A stretch of 64,000 bases of DNA from an uncultured delta proteobacterium (GCA_963850305.1 CAWKKR010000001.1:32001-96000), one strand, 5' to 3'; numbered from the stretch's first letter, positions 22,301 to 35,418 are shown. The notes: generated by a model not told the origin, from the letters alone. Translations and numbers: made by a program.

Positions 22301-24786
22301 CGAGCGCGAGCTCGAGCAGGCGTACGACCTCTTTCCACTGACCCCGGTCGCTCTCGAGGCGCACGAGGGCGGCAATGGCAGTCAGGTGACGCGCATCCGC
22401 GTCGACGGCGGCGCGGTAATGACGGAGAGCGTCCTCGTCGCGCCCGACTCGTTCCTCCGCGAGCTCGCCCATCTTGTAGAGGAGCGCCGCCGTCGGAGCG
22501 CCCGGAGCCGTGACGGCAAGCTCCATCTGGTACGTCGCGAGCAGATCCTCGAAGCGCCCCGCGGCGTACTGCAATCGTCCGAGGGTCGAGAGCGCCGGCG
22601 TGTACCTGGGGTTCATCGCGAGCACGGCCTTGCAGCGTGAAAGCGCGCCGGGGACGTCGCCCAAGCGTCCCTCGCAAATCTCCGCGGCCCGGTGCAAGAG
22701 CGCCGCCCGTTCCCCCTTGTCCGCCGTACGCTCGGCTTCGACGTCGAGCGCGCGCACGAGCTCTTCCCAGCTCTCGCCGCGCTCCGCGGCGCGCTGCAGC
22801 GCGTGGAGCGCGCCGAGATGGCCAGCATCAATCTCGAGAATGCGCTTGTAGGCGGAGACCGCCGAGAGCGGCGCCGAGAGCGCGTCCTCGTGGATGCGAC
22901 CGATCTTGAACAGGTACGTGATGCGCGTCTCGTCGTCCCGCGCGAGATCCACGGCGCGCTCGTAGAGCTCCGCGAGCTCCCGGAACCGCGCACCCTGCGA
23001 ATACAGGCGCACCAGCGCCTTGAAGGACGCAGCGTAACCCGGAACGAGCCCGAGCGCGCGGGCGTGATGCTCGATCGCTTGATCGATGTTACGGAGCTGT
23101 CGCTCGAGGATATCCGCTACGCGCGCGTGAGCCGCCGCGCGACGCGTGTTGTCCCGTGCGGTGCCCGCTTCGCCGAGGTGCATCGCGATGAGCGCGGTCC
23201 AGTGGCCCCGCTCGGCGTAGAGCTTGCCGAGTGCCTGGAGAGCCGGAACGTGCGCGGGGTCGTTGTCGAGCGCGCGCCGGTACCAGTCGACGGCGCGATC
23301 CGGCGCCCCGAGTCGCTCCTCGGCAATCTGCCCGATCCGGTGCATGAGCGCGACGCGCTCGCTCGTCGAGTCCGTCGACGAGACGATCGTCTCGAGGACA
23401 CCGGTGAGCTTTCCCCAGCGCTTCCCGAGCTCGTAGACGCGCGCGAGTTCGGCCAGGATCATCGGATCGGTCGGTGTCTCGGCGGCCGCGCTCTCGAGCG
23501 CCTCAATCGATTCATCGAGCGCCCCGAGCCGATCGAGCTCGATGCGCGCCACACGATACCGCGCGAGCGCCCGCGTCTCCGGGTCCGTCGCTTGCGTCGC
23601 CTCCGCTTCGAGAACCTGCACGAGATCGCGCCAGCGCTCGGCAGCGTAAAGGAGGCTCTTCAGCGCCGCGAGGGCAGATGGTGCGCGCGGGTCGAGCTCG
23701 AGCGCCGTCTGGTAGAGGGCGATCGCGCGACTCGGGTCGGCCTTCTTCGCGTCGACCACGCGGGCGCGCGACGCGATGAGCGCCGCCCGGTGACGGGCGT
23801 CCGAGGACACCGCGTTCGCTTCGCGCTCCACGGCTCGTTCGACGTCGTCCCAGGCGGCGGCGAGCGCGCTCGCGCGCTCGAACGCCTTCAAGATGGTCGG
23901 GTTCGTCTCGTCGATATCGAGTGCCGCGGCGTAGGCGCGGCGCGCCTCTTTCCGTTGCGCGAGTCGATCCTCGAGCATGACGCCCTTCTCGTAGAGCACC
24001 ATCGCCTTGGCTTGCGGAATCCCCGAGGAGCCGCGCTTCGGCGTCGAACAGGGGCAGCGCCTCGCCGTGACGCCCGAGAGCGCAGAGGACTCTCCGCGCG
24101 CCGCGAAGGGTCGGCAGGTGGTCCGGCAACCCCGCGCGAGCAGCGACATAATGCTCGCGGGCCTTTTCCGCGTCGTCGAGCGAAAGCTCGAAGGCGCGCC
24201 CCATTTCGTAGTGGAGCCTTGCCGCACGAGCCGGTTCGGGCTTGAGCGCGAGCTCGGTTTCACACGCCGCGATCAGCTCATTCGCGAGTGTCGCCCGCGT
24301 CGCCTCGCTGCCGGGCGGTTCCTCGGCGAGCGCCGCGCGGAAAGTGCTACCCTCGCCGAACAATCGAGTCGGATCGGTGTCGGGCTGGGCCGACTCTTCG
24401 GGAAGGGGGGGCACCTGCGGCGGAAATACCGGCGCGGGTCCTGGCGGGGGCACGGCTACGGGCGATGAAAACGGCTGTGGCGACAGGATCCGGCGCGGCG
24501 GCGGAGGAGGCAGGGGTCCGCGGCGCGCCTTGGTCGCGGCGATGTCCGTCACCGGAGCCAACCGCGACGGAGGCGGGGGCGGCACGGAGCGGAGCTTCGG
24601 CTTGGGTGCCACCGGCGGCGGCGGCATGGAAGCCGGGCGCGGCGGCGCTCTCGGCAAATCCGGCGGCGGTCGCGGTACTTTCGAGGCCACGGGAGGAGGC
24701 ACGGACGCCGGCCGCAATGCCCGTGGCGGTTTCGGTACGGCCCTCACCGGCGGTACAGGTTTGCCCTTTTCCGAGTCGTCGCTCAT
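19365..24786 (-). CDS. Very large TPR-repeat protein, AgmK-like architecture (apparent frameshift near 24010)
   Basis: ATG 24786 (MSDDSEKG), Pro-rich N-terminus, then about 1500 aa of TPR-like repeats. Two ORFs join at about 24010. Confidence 0.8.
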
Positions 24787-24918
24787 TCGGCCCTCGAAAT
24801 AGGCAAGAGACTCTATCACGCCCCTCGGGTCAATCCGGGGAAGTCTCTTTGGTCGCGGTTTCCGGACCGGCCGCCCGCGTTGCCCGCGTCCACCCGACAG
24901 TGTAGAGCCGCTACCCGC

Positions 24919-26226
24919 GTGGTCACGAAAATCGAACTTCTCGTCATCCGGAACGTCCGCGCTGTCGATCCGTCTCGTGGCCTCGACGCTCTCGCGGACG
25001 TCGTGGTGGAGAACGGAATCGTCACGCGCATCGGCCTCGGTGCGGCCGCGGAACCCGCGAAGAGCGAGCGAGCCCGGGTCATCGACGGCACTGGGAAGTG
25101 GGTCCTGCCGGCCTTCGTCGACCTGCACGCACACCTCCGGGAGCCCGGGTACGAGTACAAGGAGGACGTCACCAGCGGCCTCGCCGCCGCCGCTGCAGGC
25201 GGCTACGCGCACGTGTGCGTGATGCCCAACACGAAGCCCGTGAACGACACGCGCGCCGTGACCGAGCTGATGCTCCGCCGCGCCGCGGACTTCGATGGGC
25301 CGAGGCTCCACCCGATCGCGGCCATCACCGTCGGGCAAAAGGGGGAACAGCTGACCGAGATGGCCGATCTCCGCGACGCGGGCGCGGTCGCCGTGAGCGA
25401 CGACGGCGTGTGCGTCATGTCGGCGTCCGTGATGCGGCGCGCGCTCGAGTACGCGCACGTGTTCGGCATGCCCGTGATCCAGCATTGTGAAGATCACACC
25501 CTGACGGTCGACGCCGACATGAACGAGGGCGCCGTCGCGACTCGACTCGGGCTCCGCGGGTGGCCGAGCGTCGCCGAAGACGTCATCCTCGCGCGCGACG
25601 TGCTCCTCGCGGAGTACACGCAGTCGAAGTATCACGCGGCGCACCTGTCGACACTCGGCGCGGTCCGCATCATGCGCGAAGCCAAGAGCCGCGGCTTGCC
25701 GGTGACCTGCGAGGTCACGCCGCACCACCTCCTGCTCACCGACGCAGCCGTCATCGGTTACGACACTGCCTGCAAGGTGAACCCTCCCCTTCGTGGCGAA
25801 GAAGACGTCGAAACCCTCCGGAAGGCGCTCGCCGACGGCACCATCGACGCCATCGCGACGGATCACGCGCCCCACTCGCGCCTCGAGAAGGACTGCGTGT
25901 TCTCCGAAGCGAGCCCAGGAATGATGGGCCTCGAGCTGTGCTTCGGGCTTATCGGCGAGCTCGTTCGGGACCAGACGCTGTCGCTTGCCCGCTTCGTGGA
26001 CGCCCTCTCCACGCGCCCCGCCCGGATCGCCGGCCTGGATGCTCCTTCGCTCGCGGAGGGCCGCGAGGCGAACCTCGTCCTCGCGGACCCCGACCTTGCC
26101 TGGGTCCCCGAGATGAGCTCGCTCCGCTCCAAGAGCCGAAACACGCCGTTTCTCGCCAGGGAGATCCGGGGCCGCGTGCTCCTGACCGTCGCAGGCGGTA
26201 AGGTCGCGTTCGAAGCTGGAATTTAA
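24919..26226 (+). CDS. pyrC: Dihydroorotase
   Basis: DLHAHLREPG, MPNTKP, CEVTPHHL, KVNPPLR, IATDHAPH; directly upstream of carA. Confidence 0.95.
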   Translation: MVTKIELLVIRNVRAVDPSRGLDALADVVVENGIVTRIGLGAAAEPAKSERARVIDGTGKWVLPAFVDLHAHLREPGYEYKEDVTSGLAAAAAGGYAHVCVMPNTKPVNDTRAVTELMLRRAADFDGPRLHPIAAITVGQKGEQLTEMADLRDAGAVAVSDDGVCVMSASVMRRALEYAHVFGMPVIQHCEDHTLTVDADMNEGAVATRLGLRGWPSVAEDVILARDVLLAEYTQSKYHAAHLSTLGAVRIMREAKSRGLPVTCEVTPHHLLLTDAAVIGYDTACKVNPPLRGEEDVETLRKALADGTIDAIATDHAPHSRLEKDCVFSEASPGMMGLELCFGLIGELVRDQTLSLARFVDALSTRPARIAGLDAPSLAEGREANLVLADPDLAWVPEMSSLRSKSRNTPFLAREIRGRVLLTVAGGKVAFEAGI

Positions 26227-26241
26227 CCCAACGACGAGCTC

Positions 26242-27396
26242 ATGACGACGGAAACGACGCGACGCAAAGCCGCTCTGGCCCTCGCCGACGGCACCATTTT
26301 CGAGGGTTTCTCGTGGGGAGCGGAAGGCTCGGCCACGGGTGAGGTCGTCTTCACGACGGGGATGACCGGGTACCAAGAGGTGCTGACGGACCCGTCTTAT
26401 TGCGGGCAGATGGTGACGATGACGGCCCCGCACATCGGCAACACCGGCATCAACGCGGAGGATCCGGAGAGCCGCGACGAGAAGCCTCAGGTTGCGGGTT
26501 TCATCGTCCGCGCGCCGAGCCCCCTGACGTCCAGCTGGCGCTCCCGCGAGTCGCTCGACGATTATCTCTCCCGGCACCGCGTCGTCGGTATCAGCGGAGT
26601 GGACACGCGTCGCCTGACGCGCTTGCTCAGGGACCATGGCTCTCAGAACGGATGCATCGGCACCGAAACTCCGTCGACCCTGGTCGACCGGGCGCGCGCC
26701 GCGCCCAGCATGGACGGGCTGGATCTCGCCTCGCGAGTCACTCCGAAGGAGGCGTATTCGTTCGGCGAGACGCGCGGCGTATGGGCAGTACCGTTCATCC
26801 CCCTGTCCGGGGCCGCCGCGCCGGAGGAGCGAGAGCGCCCCTGGCACGTCGTGGCCATGGACTTCGGAGCGAAGCGCAACATTCTCCGCTGCCTCGTGGA
26901 CCTCGGGTGCCGCGTCACGGGCGTCCCGGCATCCACGTCAGCCTCGCATATTCTCTCCCTGAAGCCGGACGGCATCTTCCTGTCGAACGGCCCGGGAGAT
27001 CCAGCGGCCATCGACTACGCCGTACGCACCATTCGCGAGCTCCTCGGAAAGAAGCCCATATTCGGCATCTGCCTCGGGCATCAGCTGCTCGGGCTCGCGC
27101 TCGGCGCGAAGACCTACAAGCTGAAGTTCGGCCACCGCGGCCTGAACCAGCCGGTGAAGGATCTGGAGACGGGCCGCGTCGAGATCACCACGCAAAACCA
27201 CGGTTTCGTCGTGGACGTGGCCTCGATCGGGAAGCGCGCGATCACCACGCATCTGCACCTCAACGACGGCACGAGCGAGGGTCTCGCCGCGCCGGACGCG
27301 CGCGCGTTCAGCGTGCAATACCATCCGGAAGCCGCCGCAGGACCGCACGACGCGCTCTACCTGTTCCAGAGATTCGCGAGCGCGATGGCGGAGTGA
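26242..27396 (+). CDS. carA: Carbamoyl-phosphate synthase small subunit
   Basis: [39 protein letters not shown]. Confidence 0.97.
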   Translation: MTTETTRRKAALALADGTIFEGFSWGAEGSATGEVVFTTGMTGYQEVLTDPSYCGQMVTMTAPHIGNTGINAEDPESRDEKPQVAGFIVRAPSPLTSSWRSRESLDDYLSRHRVVGISGVDTRRLTRLLRDHGSQNGCIGTETPSTLVDRARAAPSMDGLDLASRVTPKEAYSFGETRGVWAVPFIPLSGAAAPEERERPWHVVAMDFGAKRNILRCLVDLGCRVTGVPASTSASHILSLKPDGIFLSNGPGDPAAIDYAVRTIRELLGKKPIFGICLGHQLLGLALGAKTYKLKFGHRGLNQPVKDLETGRVEITTQNHGFVVDVASIGKRAITTHLHLNDGTSEGLAAPDARAFSVQYHPEAAAGPHDALYLFQRFASAMAE

Positions 27397-27408
27397 GCCC
27401 CGACCCGG

Positions 27409-28829
<1,421 letters not shown>

Positions 28830-28888
28830 CTCCCATCGACCTCGCTGACGGGGAGAGGATGGATATGGGCCGACCGCATCGGTTTACG

Positions 28889-29269
28889 TCATCGATCGGC
28901 GCCCGCGTCCCGCCCGCCATCGAGTGGCAGGGTTTCACCAGGAGCGGTTTCTATCTGGAAGATCGTCGTATCGCTCGCACTGTTGCCCACGTCGTACCAG
29001 AAGACGATCGAGTCGCCGTCGCGTGCAGAAATCACCAGATCGTAAGAGGTTACGTTGGCCTGGCCGTAGATGAGCGAGGTCCGCGCATCCTGGACGATCA
29101 CACTGCCTTCGACCGGCAGCGTCCCTTGAAGACGATATTGCTCCGCACCCACCTGCGTGATCTCGGGTACCTCGGGCGGCGGGAGCGGCAAGGTGGGGCT
29201 GATACAGCTCGTCGCCATCACGCTCGCCGTCGCGAACGCGAGCAAGAGCCGTCGCGAGAGGCGCCACAT
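28889..29269 (-). CDS. Hypothetical lipoprotein
   Basis: MWRLSRRLLLAFATASVMATSC lipoprotein signal, then ISPTLPLPPP and a small beta-rich domain. Confidence 0.65.
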   Translation of the reverse strand: MWRLSRRLLLAFATASVMATSCISPTLPLPPPEVPEITQVGAEQYRLQGTLPVEGSVIVQDARTSLIYGQANVTSYDLVISARDGDSIVFWYDVGNSASDTTIFQIETAPGETLPLDGGRDAGADR

Positions 29270-29403
29270 CGCTCGGAACGGTAGCATGCGGCGTGCCGGC
29301 GGGTTCGACCGCACGCTCCGCGGATCCCTCAGGCATTCCCTCGTGTTAAGAGAGACCATATGGGACCCGCTACGGCGGGCGTTGTCGCTAATCGAAAACC
29401 GCG

Positions 29404-32013
29404 TTGTCGTCAGAACCAACTCAGTTGGCGTACCGGCGGTCATTCCTGAGGCTGCTCGGCCCCTTCCCCGTCGTCGCCTTCGCGGCCTGGCTCGCGGCGC
29501 CGCGCAGGCCGGCGCTCGAACTTGGGCCCGGCGGCAGGTCCCCCGCCCTCGTTGCCGATCTGCAGGCGCTACACCTCGAGACCGCCGCGAGCGACGTGCA
29601 CTGGATCGATGCGTCCGTCGGCGCGCTGGCATCGCGGTTCGTCGAGGCCCGCGCCGTCGTGCGCGCGCGGCGTCCGGGCGAAGCGTGGGACATCTATCTC
29701 GCCCGGACTCGGCTCTCGCCGGAAGGCGCCTTGCTCGAAACCAGCGCCATTTCGAACCTCACGCGCACGTCGGTCGCGAGCGAAGCGTCGCTCGTGACGG
29801 AAGGCGAACACGCAGCATGGACGATCGGTGACGCGGCGCGGACGTACCGCGTCGAACTCGTAGACTTGCACGGCGAGCCGCGGCCCTCGGGCCCGGACTG
29901 GACTCGTCTCGGACGGGTGCAGCACGCGATCTCCAACCTGCAAGGAACAGGGCAACTCTCGGGCGTCGGATATCGGTCGTTCAAGCTGGATCCGGCAGCG
30001 CAACGGCTCACCCTCGGGTTCGAGGGGGAACGGCTCATCGTCTTCGCGGACGGTCACCGCATCTCGATTCCGTTCGACGCGCACGCACCCATCGACGGCC
30101 TACGATACCTGCGCGAAGACGACCGCGAGATTGCACGACCCGGCAACCTGATCACATGGGCCGTCGATCGAGCGCGGGCGCTATCCTGGTTCGGCGACGA
30201 GCGCATGCAGTTCACCAAGGCGATCGCTTATGCAGCCCTCGACCGGGTCGATCGCGCCATCGGAGCCGTGCACGAAGCGGCGGCGCAAGAACCGGACGCC
30301 GAAGAACTGGGCGGCGACGCGGCGCCAGCCGTGCACGCCGATCCCGACAGCGGGTTTCCGCCGGGAGCCATCACGCCGCCGCTGGCCCCTCCGCTTCCGG
30401 GGGAAGGTCGATGGTTTCTGCTCGACCACGATCCCTACGTGCGCACGACACCCGGCGTCCCGGTCCCCCTTGCCACGACCTTCATCCGCCCCGACGGCGC
30501 GCGCCCGGATTCGCTCGTCTACGTGATCGCATGGGATCCACGCCAGGTGGATCTCGACGTCGTGGCAGGAACGGAAGAGCCGCAGAGCGCGACCGGCGAG
30601 ACCGGAGACGGCCTGATTCCGAGGAAGCCAGGAACCATGTCGCACCTCATCGCCGCGTTCAATGGGGCGTTCCAGTCCACGCACGGCGACTTCGGCATGA
30701 TGGACGACGGGGCGATCGTGGTCCCGCCGAAGCCCTTCGCGGCGACGATCGCGAGACTCGATGATGGCGCGACCGGGTTCGGAACCTGGCCGAAGGACCT
30801 CACGATCCCCGCAGGGATGACGTCATTCCGCCAGAATCTCACGCCGCTCGTCGCCGACGGCAGGTTCAACCCATACAATCGAGACTGGTGGGGCGGTGTC
30901 CCGCACGACTGGGAAGACGAAACTCATACGGTGCGAAGCGGGCTCTGCCTGACCAAGGAAGGGTTCGTCGAGTACTTTTACGGAACCAACATCGATCACG
31001 TGCACCTCGGCCGCGCGATGCTCGCGGCGCGCTGTGACTACGGCGTGCATCTCGACATGAACCAGGGTCACACCGGGCTCGAGGTCTACCGCGCCGATCT
31101 CGCGAAGAATCTGCCTCCGTTACCCGACAAGCTGGATGGTCACTGGCAGGCGGAAGGAGACGTGAGCGGCATGCCGGGCTGGAGGTTTCGCGGCCGGCGG
31201 CTCATCCGGAACATGCAGCTCATGCATTTCCCGCGATACATCCGGCGAGGGGCTCGCGACTTCTTCTATCTCACGGTGCGGCCCTTGCTGCCCCTCGCCC
31301 CACTCACGGGCCTTTCGCACGAGGGAGACGAGGGCACGTGGAAGGTCCGCGGGCTGCCGCAGCACGGGTTTCCTTACGCGATTGCCACGACGTCGGTTCG
31401 TCCACTCGAGGGCAGGCCAGAGACCAAGGTGCGGATCGTCGCCATCGACACGAAACAACTGCGGCTCGCCTCGACCGACGCCAGCGACCTCGTACTGTCG
31501 CTGGACCCGATCCACCCGGCCGGGCCTGCGCAGTCGTCGCTTTGGTTCACGGCGAGCGGTGGAGTGCTCGGGAAATCAGCGCCTTCTCCGACGGCCGTTC
31601 GCGTCGCGACAGGCTCGCTCGATCCCGCCGGCGCCGTGGCCGCGGCGCTGGGTGTCGATCCGGACGGGATCATCCTTTATGCGGAGGTCGCAACGGCGCC
31701 GGATCCCGCTCGTGACGGGGCGATGCTCGGCGGAGTATTGGCCGCGGAAGGCTGCACGGGTCAACTGTTCCTGTCCTCGGCCATGGGGCTCGCCTTGGGC
31801 GGCTCGCGAGATCTCGCGGATCATCCCGTCCGGATCGTTCCGGGGTCGCTCCGATTTGCGCGCGGCCCCGTGGCTGGGAGCCGACGGATCTTCCCGGAGA
31901 CCCCGATATTGCCGCCCGAACAATGGATGCCGCTGCAGCGCCAAACCCGCTGGTTCCCCAAGGAAGCGACGAGCGCAGCCAGTTCTCCGGCGGCGCCGGC
32001 GGCCCCGCCGTGA
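29404..32013 (+). CDS. Large exported/membrane-anchored protein with phosphodiester glycosidase (NAGPA-like) central domain
   Basis: 869-aa ORF with an N-terminal TM helix and motifs AAFNGAFQ..HGDFGM, SFRQNLTPLV, RSGLC, HLDMN. Confidence 0.6.
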   Translation: MSSEPTQLAYRRSFLRLLGPFPVVAFAAWLAAPRRPALELGPGGRSPALVADLQALHLETAASDVHWIDASVGALASRFVEARAVVRARRPGEAWDIYLARTRLSPEGALLETSAISNLTRTSVASEASLVTEGEHAAWTIGDAARTYRVELVDLHGEPRPSGPDWTRLGRVQHAISNLQGTGQLSGVGYRSFKLDPAAQRLTLGFEGERLIVFADGHRISIPFDAHAPIDGLRYLREDDREIARPGNLITWAVDRARALSWFGDERMQFTKAIAYAALDRVDRAIGAVHEAAAQEPDAEELGGDAAPAVHADPDSGFPPGAITPPLAPPLPGEGRWFLLDHDPYVRTTPGVPVPLATTFIRPDGARPDSLVYVIAWDPRQVDLDVVAGTEEPQSATGETGDGLIPRKPGTMSHLIAAFNGAFQSTHGDFGMMDDGAIVVPPKPFAATIARLDDGATGFGTWPKDLTIPAGMTSFRQNLTPLVADGRFNPYNRDWWGGVPHDWEDETHTVRSGLCLTKEGFVEYFYGTNIDHVHLGRAMLAARCDYGVHLDMNQGHTGLEVYRADLAKNLPPLPDKLDGHWQAEGDVSGMPGWRFRGRRLIRNMQLMHFPRYIRRGARDFFYLTVRPLLPLAPLTGLSHEGDEGTWKVRGLPQHGFPYAIATTSVRPLEGRPETKVRIVAIDTKQLRLASTDASDLVLSLDPIHPAGPAQSSLWFTASGGVLGKSAPSPTAVRVATGSLDPAGAVAAALGVDPDGIILYAEVATAPDPARDGAMLGGVLAAEGCTGQLFLSSAMGLALGGSRDLADHPVRIVPGSLRFARGPVAGSRRIFPETPILPPEQWMPLQRQTRWFPKEATSAASSPAAPAAPP

Positions 32014-32137
32014 CATTTGTTCTCAGAAATCCTGGTGTTTTGCCAGGAGCGACGTAGATCTGCGATCCTACTCGCAATGACTAATCCCTGGAGTTAAGCT
32101 TCGGGTTCTTCGTGTTTCGGCGTGGCGTCCGCTACGC

Positions 32138-33893
32138 TTGACCGACCAGCTGGTTCATTCGCCTGAGACCATTCCTGCCGCCATGCGTGAAAAGGGCAGC
32201 TCCGACCTCGACATCTTCCAGGGCCTCACGAAAGGGCCCGGTACCGCGGCCGCCAATGCACCCGCAGCGGCTCCCGCGCCTCCCCCTCCCGTGAAGCAGA
32301 AAACACTGCTTGGACTGCAAGCCCCTGGTTTCCCGGCAGCTAACCGTGGAGGAGTCGCACCGATTCATTCCGCGCCGCCGGCCATGCCCAGCCGTGCTGC
32401 GAGCTTGCCCCCTCCCCCGCCGCCATCGAGAGGAAACGGTCCCCCTCCAATGGCAAGCGGCGTTGGAAGTGCGCGCCCAATGTCCACATCCGGCGTCTCC
32501 ATGCCGCCGGCCAAAGCTCCCGCCGGCGCCCCCGCCGCCGTCGACATGGACTGGGACGACGAAGACGAGCAGACGACAATCTACGACAAGATGGGCGAGG
32601 GGGATGGGGCTCGTTCCCTGCTGGAGGGAAGTGCGCCCCCACCGGCTCCGTTACCGGCCGCGGGGATGCCGGCTCCGTCGATGCCGCCAGGTCGTATTCC
32701 TGCGCCGGCGCCTCCGACGCGACAGAATCCACCGAGCGCCTGTCGCGGTGCCCCCTTCAATCTCACAGCCCATGCAGCAGGCGGCCCCGATGCCGCAGAT
32801 GCTGGGCGCGGATCGGCGCTCGAGCATGTTCACGGCGATCGGTGTGGCCGCTGCCGTCGCCCTGGTCGTTGGCGCTTTGCTACTCGTCCTTTGGCCGCGT
32901 GCGGGCTCCCTCGTCGTGACGGTGTCGGGACCCGGCAATAAGCCTCTGGACGCCGTCGAGATCATGGTCAACGGCGAGAAAAAGTGTGCGAGTTCGCCGT
33001 GCACGATCGAGGGACTGAAGGCGGACACCTATTACGTGCGTGCGCACGCGGCCGGATATCAGGCCATGGCGGATCTCGCTGTCGCCGTGGCTGGGGGCGG
33101 CAGGGCCGTGCAGAATCTCACGCTCGTCCGAGCGCTCGGCACGGGCATCAAGGTCATCGGTGAAGGTACCGGGCTCAAGCTCTACGTCGATGGCCGCGAA
33201 ATCGGCCCGCTCCCCCAGGAGATCAAGGACATGGATCCGGGGGAACATCTCGTCCGCGTCGCGGGCAGCGATCGATTCGAACCCTTCGAAAAGCGGGTCA
33301 CGGTCGAGGCCGAGCAGATGCAGACGATTGGACCGCTGAAACTTCGTGTCCTCAAGGGCCTGGCCACGATCGTTCCCGGCGCCGGCGCCGACGGAGCCAG
33401 GGTCATCCTCATCAGCGGGTCCGATCGACGGACCCTGCCGAGATTGCCGATCACGCTCGATATTCCAACGAGTGAACCGCACACGCTCGTCGCAACGCGA
33501 CGCGGATACGAACAGTTCAAGCTACCGATCCTGTTCGACGACGGCGAGGTGGAAAAGACGTTCGAGGTTGCCATGGCGCCGATCGGCAGCGGAGGCGGTG
33601 TCTCTCCGTCACCGATGGTTCAGACGTCTGCACCCTCGCCGCGCACGTTCACGCCGGAGCCCACATACACACCGGCGCCCGTCAGCGCGGCCGGCCCTGG
33701 GACGCTCAACATCAACTCGATTCCCATGTCGACCATCATCCTGGACGGGCGTCCCCTCGGTCAAACACCGAAGGTCGGTCAACGTGTCTCGGCCGGGACG
33801 CACACGGTCGTGTTCATGAAAGACGGCACGCGAAAGATCGCCTCGGTCTCCGTGAGCTCGGGGCAGACGAAAACGGTGGCGGTCCGCTTCTGA
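32138..33893 (+). CDS. PEGA domain membrane protein (apparent frameshift near 32740)
   Basis: Pro-rich N-terminus with DMDWDDEDEQTTIYD, a single TM helix, and several PEGA-like repeats (LNINSIP..IILDGRPLGQTP..VSAGTHTV). Confidence 0.8.
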
Positions 33894-33895
33894 CC

Positions 33896-34843
33896 TCACT
33901 CCGTCGAGGGGTCGACCTGAGCGGCCCAGTCGCGGAACGTCGTGGCGCACGTGGCCTTCGCAGCGGGGGCCGCCCCCGCACAGGCAGCTGTATCCACGCT
34001 CGGCCCGAGGATGAGCATCATGTCCTTGGAGATGAATGGAAGGTCGCCCTTCCACACCGCCCGAAACATGTCCTTCCGGCGCAGCTCCAGATCTCGTTCT
34101 CGCTCGCCCAGTTTTTCTCGCAAGAAGCCGAGAGCTAGTTTTTCGACGTGCGGATCGTCCGTGACGGCGAGCAACCGGCGCATCGACTCGATCGCCGCCT
34201 CGCGCTCACCCACGCGTTCGAGCAGAGGCCCGGCCGTCACGCAGTTGTACGGGACGTTCGCGTTCTTGTCCGTCAGCTCGCACGCCCGCGCGAGAACCTT
34301 CGCCCCCTCGAGCCTGAACGACTCCCTGAGCTTCGGATCGGCAAGCTGCATCGGCGCGAGGTACGTCAGATATTGTCCCGCCGTCAGCCAGAGCTCCGTG
34401 TCATAGGGTAAATTCCGCATCCCCCGTTCGAGGATCTCTCGCGCCTTCAGGTATTCCTTGAGACGGGGTGGCTCGGGAGCCATCACGAGCAGTGTGTCCG
34501 CGAACCGATAGGGCTCCCGAAAGGTCGGGTCGAGCGCGTTGATCGTGTCGAGATATTCTCCTACGAACTCGAACCGTCGGTTCTCCTGAAAGTGCAGGCC
34601 GTAAGAAACGAGGACGCTCGCGAAGAGGGCGCCGGCAAGCGCAGACCGGTAGCCGAGGCTCGCGACGACCATGTCTTCGGGCGGGGCCAGTGGGTACACG
34701 TCCGACTTGACCCGCAACCGATGGAACCTCTCGGCGGCCACGGGTCGGACCAGGCCGACGACGAGCGCCGCCGCACCGATGACTGCGTACGCCGGCGCGG
34801 CCCGGCGGAACGCGTGTGGAGCGCTCACTCGACCTCGCGCCAC
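33896..34843 (-). CDS. Pilus-associated protein (PilG-like, helical)
   Basis: N-terminal TM helix; SLGYRSALA...LDPTFREPY..ILERG pattern seen in pilin-adjacent deltaproteobacterial genes; overlaps the pilin-like gene. Confidence 0.55.
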   Translation of the reverse strand: MARGRVSAPHAFRRAAPAYAVIGAAALVVGLVRPVAAERFHRLRVKSDVYPLAPPEDMVVASLGYRSALAGALFASVLVSYGLHFQENRRFEFVGEYLDTINALDPTFREPYRFADTLLVMAPEPPRLKEYLKAREILERGMRNLPYDTELWLTAGQYLTYLAPMQLADPKLRESFRLEGAKVLARACELTDKNANVPYNCVTAGPLLERVGEREAAIESMRRLLAVTDDPHVEKLALGFLREKLGERERDLELRRKDMFRAVWKGDLPFISKDMMLILGPSVDTAACAGAAPAAKATCATTFRDWAAQVDPSTE

Positions 34844-35310
34844 GACTCCAGTGGCTTCACGGTCGGCTCGGCTCCGTCGCGCGACTCACCGGACACCTGG
34901 AACGTGCTGAGCAGGCCGTCACCATCGAGATCGCCGTGCGCCGTTGCCTGGAACGTGGCGACGCCGGGCGCGTTCCGGCTCTCGAATTCGAAGCTGTACG
35001 AGTGCGCCACATCGAATGAAAAGTCGAGCTCGCGCCAGGTCGGTGCGTCCCAGGTGCCGGGCGGATCTACCATCGGCACTCCTCTCGCGACGTGTTCGGG
35101 GGTCAGTGGGACGGACTCCGGATAGGCTTCCGCCGCAGGTTTGGCCGCCGCAAGCGCCGTCGCGTGCGCGGAGATGCGCGAGAGACCATCGATCGGCTCC
35201 GAAAGCCGTGACGCATGCAGATTGGTGAAGAATGTCGGGATCGCGACGGCCAGGACCGACCCAAGAATGGAAACCCCCGACGCGGCTTCGAGTGGACTCA
35301 GCGGGCGCAC
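34825..35310 (-). CDS. Pilin-like protein lacking canonical prepilin cleavage motif
   Basis: LSPLEAASGVSILGSVLAVAIPTF pilin-type helix; C-terminal ATAHGDLDGDGLLSTF is homologous to the adjacent pilin. Confidence 0.7.
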   Translation of the reverse strand: MRPLSPLEAASGVSILGSVLAVAIPTFFTNLHASRLSEPIDGLSRISAHATALAAAKPAAEAYPESVPLTPEHVARGVPMVDPPGTWDAPTWRELDFSFDVAHSYSFEFESRNAPGVATFQATAHGDLDGDGLLSTFQVSGESRDGAEPTVKPLESWREVE

Positions 35311-35365
35311 GCCACGTAGCCTATCACCGGTCTCTCCGTTCGGAGCGCTCGAGAAGTCCAAAATG

Positions 35366-35398
35366 AAAAACGCCCCGGGCCGTAGATGCCCGGGGCGT
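35366..35398 (-). terminator. Rho-independent terminator after major pilin
   Basis: Stem ACGCCCCGGGC/GCCCGGGGCGT with a 7-nt loop, followed by a T-run on the minus strand, 20 bp after the stop. Confidence 0.85.
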
Positions 35399-35418
35399 CT
35401 TCCACTCGAGAGGGACGC

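Noticed and set aside
23512..26847. 1111-aa minus-strand ORF
   Set aside because: Mostly the antisense shadow of pyrC/carA; only 24786 to about 24010 is the real TPR N-terminus.
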